A stretch of 64,000 nt of DNA from NCBI RefSeq assembly GCF_965641715.1, contig NZ_OZ282453.1; one strand, 5' to 3'. Below are positions 55,359-64,000 of this stretch, piece after piece. The notes under the pieces were generated by a model, which made no database searches, had not been told where the DNA came from, and was given only the letters and a program-made list of their open reading frames with translations. Origin of the DNA: Escherichia coli. Lineage in GTDB: Bacteria; Pseudomonadota; Gammaproteobacteria; Enterobacterales; Enterobacteriaceae. Each line of letters starts with the position of its first letter. The first letter of the stretch is position 1. The translations under genes and the position numbers were made by a program.

Positions 55359-55609
55359 CTCTTCAATTACTATATCTCATTCATAGCAAACTGACAGATT
55401 TGATGATGTTCTATATACGAAACCTGTGATGTCAAGTCTGAGCTAATACAAATAAACATAATATCAGAGAAATACATTTTATTAGCTCGCTACGGCGAGC
55501 TTTTTATATTGCATCGTCTCCAGCATATATATCAATTAAGGCTCTGATTGATGTGTCTGGAGGCCTACACATAATAACTATGCCATCCGTTCCGTGCGGA
55601 GGTGAGGCT

Positions 55610-55825
55610 ATGAAATCCATGGACAAAATTTCAACAGGTATTGCCTACGGCACCTCCGCAGGCAGTGTTGGCTACTGGTTTTTACAGCTGCTCGATAAAG
55701 TCACGCCCTCACAGTGGGCAGCAATAGGTGTGCTGGGTAGCCTGGTATTTGGCCTGCTGACGTACCTGACAAATCTTTATTTCAAGATTAAAGAAGACAG
55801 GCGTAAGGCTGCGAGAGGAGAGTAA
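55610..55825 (+). CDS. essQ: class II holin (EssD/EssQ-like) with dual-start motif
   Basis: Six-frame ORF 55553..55825 trimmed to [29 protein letters not shown]... (71 aa) after SD ggagg; two TM segments; Met-Lys-x-Met dual start. Confidence 0.85.
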   Translation: MKSMDKISTGIAYGTSAGSVGYWFLQLLDKVTPSQWAAIGVLGSLVFGLLTYLTNLYFKIKEDRRKAARGE

Positions 55826-55829
55826 TCCA

Positions 55830-56137
55830 ATGACTCAAGACTATGAACTGGTTGTGAAAGGAGTCCGTAATTTTGAGAATAAAGTTACGGTAACTGTAGC
55901 CTTACAGGACAAAGAACGCTTTGACGGTGAAATTTTTGGCCTGGATGTCGCCATGGACCGTGTTGAAGGAGCTGCGCTGGAGTTTTATGAGGCAGCAGCC
56001 AGAATGAGCGTCCGGCAAGTCTTCCTGGAAGTAGCAGAAAAATTGTCAGAAAAAGTTGAGTCTTATCTGCAGCATCAGTACTCCTTTAAGATTGAAAATC
56101 CTGCCAATAAGCACGAGCGTCCTCATCATAAATATCT

Positions 56138-56141
<4 letters not shown>
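55830..56141 (+). CDS. ydfR: DUF1327 prophage protein YdfR-like
   Basis: 103-aa ORF between holin and endolysin, the position and length of ydfR in Qin. Confidence 0.65.
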
Positions 56142-57165
<1,024 letters not shown>

Positions 57166-57528
57166 ATTAATATTAAATCGGATTATTTTTAGCGCTGAAT
57201 GTGAAATTTAAATAAAAAGGACTCTTCCATGAGTCAAAATCCTTGAAATCTTAAGGGTAAGATAAAAGGTCATTAGACAGAATGACACGTTTTATTAATA
57301 AATAAAGCTATTGTTTCATTCGTGTGTTTTTCTTTACAAAAGTAATCCTTGCTATGGTTGGTTAATCATGCGTTAATGGTGTTCTGGTTTGTTACAAAAT
57401 TATCTGAAGCAGTCATTGTTATAATTTTATTATTTGTACCTCTTGAGATTTCCTTGTTGGTTTTTCTCTCTGATATTTTTTTTCGGACCATTCTGCCCAA
57501 GGGCTAACTTCTTCAAAAGGTAATAATG

Positions 57529-57741
57529 ATGTCTAACAAAATGACTGGTTTAGTGAAATGGTTTAACCCTGAAAAAGGTTTTGGTTTCATCACGCCGAAA
57601 GATGGTAGCAAAGATGTGTTTGTGCATTTCTCAGCTATTCAGAGCAACGATTTCAAAACGTTAACTGAGAATCAGGAAGTCGAATTTGGTATTGAGAACG
57701 GACCTAAAGGCCCTGCAGCTGTTCATGTAGTGGCACTTTGA
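57529..57741 (+). CDS. cspI: cold-shock-domain protein CspI-like
   Basis: 70-aa [38 protein letters not shown]... with RNP1/RNP2 motifs; long AT-rich 5' UTR typical of csp genes. Confidence 0.9.
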   Translation: MSNKMTGLVKWFNPEKGFGFITPKDGSKDVFVHFSAIQSNDFKTLTENQEVEFGIENGPKGPAAVHVVAL

Positions 57742-57944
57742 GGTAGAAAATATTACAAACCATATTCACTTTAGATGCCCGTGTTGCCATGGTTCTCAGT
57801 ATAGAACATCATCTTTTGATGTTTCTGACAGAAATCCTTTCGGGGCAAAATGTATCTTTTGTAAATCAATGATGATTACATTTGATAATATTTCACAATA
57901 CTTAAATGTTAGCCATCTGTCGTTAGATTTAAGAAAGTGAAAAT

Positions 57945-57970
57945 GAAGGCTCCTTCGGGAGCTTTTTTGC
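57945..57970 (+). terminator. Rho-independent terminator downstream of cspI
   Basis: gctcc-ttcg-ggagc hairpin followed by ttttttgc. Confidence 0.5.
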
Positions 57971-57973
57971 TTA

Positions 57974-58243
57974 GTGTCTAGTCGATGGATACTCACATAT
58001 TACGGTAACATTATGAAAAAAATAATAGTTTTTTTTAACTCTGAACCAGCAATGGTAGTGCCAGTGATGACCGGAGTTAACACCATCATGCGTGAATATC
58101 CAAATGGCGAAACAACACACCTCACTGTAATGGCTGCAGGGTTTCCATCTCTGACCGGAGATCATAAAGTCATTTATGTAGCAGCGGATCGACATGTAAC
58201 TTCAGAAGAAATTCTGGAAGCAGCAATGAGACTCTTGAATTGA
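57974..58243 (+). CDS. hypothetical small protein
   Basis: 89-aa six-frame ORF; real start may be the internal MKKIIVFF...; no recognisable motif. Confidence 0.35.
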   Translation: MSSRWILTYYGNIMKKIIVFFNSEPAMVVPVMTGVNTIMREYPNGETTHLTVMAAGFPSLTGDHKVIYVAADRHVTSEEILEAAMRLLN

Positions 58244-58412
58244 TTTGATTCTAATGCATTGATAATAAATGATAATCATCTTTATCTGTTTGTGTGAAAT
58301 TTAGACCGTCGTATGTTGATTATTGCGATGTTTCATCTTATCTTTTATACGTTTGCTCCATATAATTGACACTACTGTGTACCAGGACAGTCATAACAGA
58401 CTAAAAGAGGAA

Positions 58413-58589
58413 ATGATGAACATTGAAGAGTTAAAAACAAAAACAGAAGCAGATATTTCTGAATATATAACAAAAAAAATCATTGAGCTTAAGAAAAAGA
58501 CTGGGAAAGAAGTTACCAGTATCCAGTTTACTGCACGGGAAAAAATGACTGGTCTTGAAAGCTATGATATCAAGATTGATTTAATCTAG
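58413..58589 (+). CDS. gnsB: GnsA/GnsB-family small protein
   Basis: Internal Met of ORF 58323..58589 after SD agagga gives MMNIEELKTKTEADISEYITKKIIELKKKTGKEVTSIQFTAREKMTGLESYDIKIDLI, matching recalled GnsB-type sequence. Confidence 0.72.
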   Translation: MMNIEELKTKTEADISEYITKKIIELKKKTGKEVTSIQFTAREKMTGLESYDIKIDLI

Positions 58590-58884
58590 CATGTTTATAG
58601 TATTAGCATCAATTTCTCATCAGATGCTATTCAACAATACAAATTACCCATAAACCTCGTTTTTACGGGGTTTTGTTATATTTAAACATTACCGAATAGA
58701 TATAAATCTCGATTGTCGATGGTATTGGTTGTGTGACAATACCTAGTCTTTCCGGTATGCCTGAAGAGAATACAAACGACAGATTATGTAAGGGAAACGC
58801 GCTGAAACTTTCACTCTTTCATGCTGAGTGATTTGACGTTATATTTTTAGCCGCAAGTGAAGAGCAAACGAATGGAGCGACAAA

Positions 58885-59091
58885 ATGCATAAAGATCAAT
58901 ACACTGATGCCCCCTCCCAGGAGCAGGTTCGTGTAAAAACTATGCTTAATAGCACCATTTCGATGGGTTACCCGGATGTTGTAATTGCATGTATAGAACA
59001 TCAAGTATCTCTGGAAGCATTCAGGGCAATTGAGGCCGCGTTAGTAAAGCACGATAAGAATACGAAGGATTATTCCCTGGTGGTTGACTGA
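58885..59091 (+). CDS. hypothetical small protein
   Basis: 68-aa ORF with ATG; no assignment. Confidence 0.4.
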   Translation: MHKDQYTDAPSQEQVRVKTMLNSTISMGYPDVVIACIEHQVSLEAFRAIEAALVKHDKNTKDYSLVVD

Positions 59092-59439
59092 TCACCATAA
59101 CTGCTAACCATTCTGACCATTTCACAAGTGACAGAGTCAATATCGTATTCTGTCACTGTAAGGCTAATACAGTACTGCAATTCAACTACAGCAATGCCTC
59201 GTATTTAGGTGAATTTACAATATCGTCCAGTTCGGATGCCGGCTGCATTTCTGAAGATAAGGCATTTCGGTTCGCGTATTTTCCCCTCATGCTCGTCAGT
59301 CCTGCGCGTAGTAAGAAACAGGACACTCACACTAATTTGTGTGGGCATGCTGTGATGTCCTTCTGAATTATCCCCATGCCATTATGTAACGCTCTGTTTC
59401 AGATGCTCGTCACGGTTGTCAGGCTGTCGGGTCCTCCCA

Positions 59440-59520
59440 GTGGGGGTCCCTGCCACGGGGCGGGAGCGTCGCGGAAAAAGGCTAGTTTTTGAAATTTTAT
59501 TCGTCATCACCACTACTTTA
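59440..59520. other. candidate cos site (cosN plus terminase-binding region), lambda-like
   Basis: ccACGGGGCGGGAGCGTCGCGG...TTTTTGAAATTTTATTCGTCATCAC parallels recalled lambda cosN/cosB (ACGGGGCGGCGACCTCGCGG...TTTATGAAAATTTTCCGG...TTCGTCATAAC), about 170 bp upstream of the small terminase gene. Confidence 0.55.
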
Positions 59521-59643
59521 ATTGATTGATATTACAGTGGTTTTATTTTTATGGTGTCGATTCTGATTGTTTTTTGTTCATCACTAACACCGTTTGCCTA
59601 AAGTTGTTCGCAAGATGCATGTTTAAAACATTCTGGAGCGGGT

Positions 59644-60138
59644 ATGGATCGAGAGTTAAAAAATCTGACGCTGAATATCAGTCAACTGGCGGCATTGTCA
59701 GGTGTACATCGCCAGACTGCTGCGGCAAGGCTGCAAAATCTACCCGTTGCAGGGGGGCATGAAAGCAACCTCAAGCTTTATCGGGTGGTTGATATTGTGT
59801 CGGCATTTCTGGCATTACCACCGCCGGTTGCAGAAGGCGAAATGGACGCGCATGAGCGCAAAGCCTGGTATCAGTCTGAACGTGAGCGTCTTAAGTTCGA
59901 ACAGGAAACGGCACAACTCATTCCGGCCAGTGATGTCAGACGGGAATTTGCCATCTGGGCAAAAGCGGTCGTGCAGGTGCTGGAGACATTACCGGATATT
60001 CTTGAACGTGACTGCGGTCTGCAGCCTGCCGCTGTGAGCCGTGTTCAGTCCATTATTGATGATCTGCGCGATCAGATAGCCCTGCGGGTGACTGAAGCAG
60101 GTGCGGATGATGAGGAGGAATTACAGCAGGAGGAGTAA
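59644..60138 (+). CDS. terminase small subunit (Nu1/NohA-like)
   Basis: 164-aa ORF with N-terminal HTH-like segment, immediately upstream of and overlapping the large terminase start. Confidence 0.8.
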   Translation: MDRELKNLTLNISQLAALSGVHRQTAAARLQNLPVAGGHESNLKLYRVVDIVSAFLALPPPVAEGEMDAHERKAWYQSERERLKFEQETAQLIPASDVRREFAIWAKAVVQVLETLPDILERDCGLQPAAVSRVQSIIDDLRDQIALRVTEAGADDEEELQQEE

Positions 60139-62240
60139 TGCTGAATCAGGAAACCGCAAAGGCAGCACGAACCGATTCAGGTTATATCCTTCGCGCACCG
60201 AGACGAATGCGGGTTGCTGATGCCGTTGCTCAGTATATGCGGGTGCCTATGGGGGCAGGGAACTCAGTCCCGTGGGATCCGCTGGTGGCACCGTATGTTA
60301 TTGAGCCTATGAACTGCCTGGCCTCGCGTGAATACGACGCAGTGATATTTGTTGGCCCGGCACGAACCGGCAAGACTATCGGCCTGATTGACGGCTGGGT
60401 GATTTACAACGTGATTTGCGATCCTGCTGATATGCTGATCATTCAGATGACGGAGGAAAAAGCCCGCGAACACTCCAAAAAACGACTCGCCAGAACGTTT
60501 CGCGTCAGCCCGGAAGTGGTCAGTCGCCTGAGTCCGAACAAAAATGACAACAACGTTTATGACAGAACATTCCTTGCTGGCAACTACCTGAAAATCGGCT
60601 GGCCGTCAGTCAATATCATGTCTTCATCAGATTATAAATGCGTGGCGCTGACGGATTATGACCGTTTTCCGGAAGATATTGATGGTGAGGGGGATGCCTT
60701 CTCTCTTGCCTCAAAACGTACCACCACATTTATGTCCAGTGGTATGACGCTGGTGGAGAGTTCCCCCGGCAGGGATGTGAAGGATGTGAAATGGCGACGG
60801 ACTTCACCGCATGAGGCTCCACCAACCACGGGGATCCTGTCGCTCTATAACCGTGGCGATCGCCGTCGCTGGTACTGGCCCTGTCCACACTGTGGTGAGT
60901 ATTTTCAGCCCTGCGGCGATGTGGTTGCTGGTTTCCGTGATATTGCCGATCCTGTGCTGGCAAGTGAGGCGGCTTATATTCAGTGTCCTTGCTGTTCAGG
61001 ACGGATTTTGCCTGAACAAAAACGCGAGCTGAACGGACGTGGGGTCTGGTTACGGGATGGTGAATCCATCAATGCAGATGGCAGTCGTTATGGTGATCCC
61101 CGGCGTTCACGTATTGCGTCATTCTGGATGGAGGGTCCGGCAGCTGCTTATCAGACACTCTCGCAACTCGTTTACAAACTGCTTACTGCAGAACAGGAAT
61201 ACGAGACAACCGGAAGTGAAGAGACACTCAAGACGGTTATCAATACCGACTGGGGATTACCTTATCTTCCCCGCGCCAGCATGGAGCAACGAAAAAGTGA
61301 ATTGCTTGAGCAGCGGGCAGAGCCAGTTCCTTCCCGCAGTGTGCCGGATGGCGTTAATTTCCTTGTGGCGACAGTGGATGTGCAGGCGGGACGTCATCGC
61401 CGTTTTGTGGTTCAGGTAACGGGCTATGGCAGCCGTGGCGAACGCTGGATTATTGATCGTTACAACATCACGCAGTCATTGCGCGGTGACAGCGACGGGG
61501 AGAGCCAGCGAATTGATCCGGCCAGCTATCCGGAAGACTGGGATGTCCTGCTGACGGATGTTTTTCATAAAAGCTGGCCGCTGGCCTCCGATCCTTCTCA
61601 ACAAATGCGACTGATGGCAATGGCGGTGGACTCCGGCGGTGAAGACGGGGTCACTGATAATGCCTATAAATTCTGGCGTCGTTGCCGTCGTGATGGCCTT
61701 GGTAAACGTATTTACCTGTTTAAGGGTGACAGCATCCGGCGCGCAAAACTGATCAGCCGTACATTCCCTGATAACACCGGACGAACGGGCCGCCGGGCGC
61801 AGGCCGCAGGTGATGTGCCGCTCTGGCTTCTTCAGACGGATGCCCTGAAAGACCGGGTGAATAACGCGTTATGGCGTGACTCGCCAGGTCCCGGCTATGT
61901 GCATTTCCCTGACTGGCTGGGGAGCTGGTTTTACGACGAACTGACGTATGAAGAGCGGAGCAGTGACGGGAAATGGAGTAAGCCGGGTCGCGGTGCCAAC
62001 GAAGCTTTTGACCTGATGGTGTATGCCGAGGCTCTGGTCATTCTGCATGGATACGAAAAGATCCGCTGGCCGGATGCACCGGAGTGGGCGAGCCGGGAAA
62101 CCTGGCTGGAGTGTGTCCCGGACAGTACCGAACCGTCACCCACACCGGAACCGGTATCCACGCCTGTTAAAAAACAAAAACGGAAGAAAACAGTAACTGA
62201 CGATGTTAACCCCTGGCTGACTTCCGGAGGATGGTTATGA
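60138..62240 (+). CDS. terminase large subunit (lambda gpA family)
   Basis: 700-aa ORF with Walker A-like VGPARTGKT and C-terminal nuclease/ATPase region; start overlaps the small-subunit stop. Confidence 0.9.
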   Translation: MLNQETAKAARTDSGYILRAPRRMRVADAVAQYMRVPMGAGNSVPWDPLVAPYVIEPMNCLASREYDAVIFVGPARTGKTIGLIDGWVIYNVICDPADMLIIQMTEEKAREHSKKRLARTFRVSPEVVSRLSPNKNDNNVYDRTFLAGNYLKIGWPSVNIMSSSDYKCVALTDYDRFPEDIDGEGDAFSLASKRTTTFMSSGMTLVESSPGRDVKDVKWRRTSPHEAPPTTGILSLYNRGDRRRWYWPCPHCGEYFQPCGDVVAGFRDIADPVLASEAAYIQCPCCSGRILPEQKRELNGRGVWLRDGESINADGSRYGDPRRSRIASFWMEGPAAAYQTLSQLVYKLLTAEQEYETTGSEETLKTVINTDWGLPYLPRASMEQRKSELLEQRAEPVPSRSVPDGVNFLVATVDVQAGRHRRFVVQVTGYGSRGERWIIDRYNITQSLRGDSDGESQRIDPASYPEDWDVLLTDVFHKSWPLASDPSQQMRLMAMAVDSGGEDGVTDNAYKFWRRCRRDGLGKRIYLFKGDSIRRAKLISRTFPDNTGRTGRRAQAAGDVPLWLLQTDALKDRVNNALWRDSPGPGYVHFPDWLGSWFYDELTYEERSSDGKWSKPGRGANEAFDLMVYAEALVILHGYEKIRWPDAPEWASRETWLECVPDSTEPSPTPEPVSTPVKKQKRKKTVTDDVNPWLTSGGWL

Positions 62241-62449
62241 ACCAGAATGATATCGAAGCCATGATTCAGCGTTATACGGAAGCTGAAATGGCGGTGCTGG
62301 ACGGAAAATCCGTCACCTTTAATGGTCAGCAGATGACCATGGAAAACTTATCTGAGATCCGGCAGGGACGGCAGGAGTGGGAGCGCCGCCTTGCGGCTCT
62401 GATTACACGACGACGGGGGCATCCCGGGTACCGGCTGGCGAGGTTCTGA
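62237..62449 (+). CDS. head-tail joining / head completion protein (gpW-like)
   Basis: About 70-aa ORF between terminase and portal, ending ...RRRGHPGYRLARF like lambda gpW; start at second ATG after SD ggagg. Confidence 0.7.
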   Translation: MNQNDIEAMIQRYTEAEMAVLDGKSVTFNGQQMTMENLSEIRQGRQEWERRLAALITRRRGHPGYRLARF

Positions 62450-63957
62450 TGGCAATTCTTGATGATGTGATTGGCGTTTTTTCACCAGGATGGAAAGCGG
62501 CAAGGCTGCGTTCCCGTGCGGTGATCCAGGCTTATGAGGCCGTAAAAACGACACGGACACACAAAGCCCGGCGGGAAAACCGAACTGCCGACCAGTTAAG
62601 CCAGTACGGGGCCGTGTCGTTACGTGAGCAGGCCCGTTACCTTGATAACAACCACGATCTGGTTATTGGTGTATTTGACAAGCTGGAAGAACGGGTGGTG
62701 GGGAAAAACGGGATTATTGTCGAGCCACATCCGGTATTACGCAATGGGGCCATTGCCCGTGATCTGGCAGCGGAGATACGCACCCGATGGAGTGAATGGT
62801 CTGTCAGTCCGGAAGTCACCGGGCAGTTTACCCGTCCGATGCTGGAACGTCTGATGCTGCGTACCTGGCTGCGCGATGGTGAGGTGTTTGCCCAGATGGT
62901 TTCCGGGCGCATAAACAGCCTGACGCCTTCTGCCGGTGTTCATTTCTGGCTGGAGGCGCTCGAGCCGGACTTTATTCCCATGACCAGTGATGAGAGCAAC
63001 AGGCTGAATCAGGGCGTGTTTGTTGATGACTGGGGGCGTCCCGAAAAATATCTGGTGTATAAAAGCCGTCCCGTATCCGGGCGGCAGATGGAAACCAAAG
63101 AAGTGGATGCAGAGCGAATGCTGCATCTTAAATTTGTTCGCCGTCTGCACCAGATGCGCGGGACGTCTTTGTTGTCCGGTGTGCTGATCCGCCTCAGTGC
63201 CCTGAAAGAGTATGAAGATTCTGAGCTGACTGCAGCAAGGATCGCCGCTGCTCTGGGGATGTACATCCGGAAAGGCGACGGGCAGAGCTATGAACCGGAT
63301 GGTAATGGCAGCAAGGAGAATGAACGCGAGCTTACCATTCAGCCAGGCATTATTTACGACGATCTGAAACCCGGCGAAGAAATCGGAATGGTGAAGTCGG
63401 ATCGTCCCAATCCTAACCTTGAAACTTTTCGTAATGGTCAGTTGCGTGCCGTGGCGGCGGGCAGTCGTCTGAGTTTTTCCAGTACGGCACGCAACTATAA
63501 CGGCACTTACAGCGCCCAGCGTCAGGAGCTGGTTGAATCCACTGATGGCTACCTGATCCTGCAGGACTGGTTTATTGGTGCCGTCACCCGCCCGATGTAT
63601 CGTGCCTGGCTGAAACAGGCTGTGGCATCCGGTGTTATCAGGCTACCTCGCGATCTTGACCGTTCTTCACTGTATACCGCGGTGTATTCCGGACCGGTGA
63701 TGCCGTGGATTGACCCTGTTAAGGAGGCTGAGGCCTGGAAAATTCAGATTCGTGGTGGAGCGGCGACAGAATCAGACTGGGTACGTGCAGGTGGTCGTAA
63801 TCCGGATGATGTCAAACGTCGGCGCAAGGCCGAAATTGATGAAAACCGCAAGCTGGATCTGGTATTTGATACCGATCCGGCCAGTGATAAAGGAGGCAGC
63901 AGTGCCGCAACGAAACGACAGGAGCCGCAGCACACCGACGACCAGTCCGAAGAATAA
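62449..63957 (+). CDS. portal protein (lambda gpB family)
   Basis: Six-frame ORF 62377..63957 trimmed to MAILDDVIGVF... (about 502 aa), start overlapping the gpW-like stop; acidic C-terminal tail. Confidence 0.88.
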   Translation: MAILDDVIGVFSPGWKAARLRSRAVIQAYEAVKTTRTHKARRENRTADQLSQYGAVSLREQARYLDNNHDLVIGVFDKLEERVVGKNGIIVEPHPVLRNGAIARDLAAEIRTRWSEWSVSPEVTGQFTRPMLERLMLRTWLRDGEVFAQMVSGRINSLTPSAGVHFWLEALEPDFIPMTSDESNRLNQGVFVDDWGRPEKYLVYKSRPVSGRQMETKEVDAERMLHLKFVRRLHQMRGTSLLSGVLIRLSALKEYEDSELTAARIAAALGMYIRKGDGQSYEPDGNGSKENERELTIQPGIIYDDLKPGEEIGMVKSDRPNPNLETFRNGQLRAVAAGSRLSFSSTARNYNGTYSAQRQELVESTDGYLILQDWFIGAVTRPMYRAWLKQAVASGVIRLPRDLDRSSLYTAVYSGPVMPWIDPVKEAEAWKIQIRGGAATESDWVRAGGRNPDDVKRRRKAEIDENRKLDLVFDTDPASDKGGSSAATKRQEPQHTDDQSEE

Positions 63958-64000
63958 TTCCTGGTTCAGGATGCAGGCAGGTCACCAGAGTGACGCGGAT

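Noticed and set aside
52990-55553. Shiga toxin or other recognisable virulence cargo between Q and the lysis genes
   Set aside because: Translations here are tRNAs, a doubtful small ORF and two lipoproteins; nothing resembling StxA/StxB.

Overview
The window is an Escherichia coli chromosomal segment in K-12 gene order (ydgA, manA, fumA, fumC, tus, rstBA, ydgC, folM, ydgI, ydgH, pntAB, tqsA, mdtJI, ydgD, asr, ynfM, ynfL, mlc, ynfK, clcB, dmsD, ynfHGFE, ynfDC, speG, ynfBA, rspAB), inverted relative to the usual K-12 orientation. From about 38.6 kb to the window end it is a lambdoid prophage inserted into the MFS transporter gene ydfJ, the Qin site. Unlike the defective K-12 Qin, this prophage looks largely intact: P4-type integrase, Xis-like, a full-length 823-aa exonuclease-domain protein, the ydfA-dicF-dicB-ydfD operon, DicA/DicC-like immunity pair, replication genes, hokD, rem, ydfU, rusA, Q antiterminator, two tRNAs, lysis cassette, cspI, gnsB, a lambda-like cos site, terminase, gpW and portal. 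It runs off the window end. The best candidate for an undescribed system is an AT-rich, oppositely oriented 449-aa orphan gene (47673..49022) with its own RBS and terminator, sitting next to the hok/sok module where K-12 Qin carries relBE/flxA; I could not assign it to any family by reading. Secondary candidates are two tandem lipoproteins resembling TolA C-terminal domain III in the late region, and the large DEDDh-exonuclease protein. All calls rest on reading the six-frame translations and sequence motifs from memory; no searches were run, and coordinates of RNA and regulatory features are approximate to a few bases.
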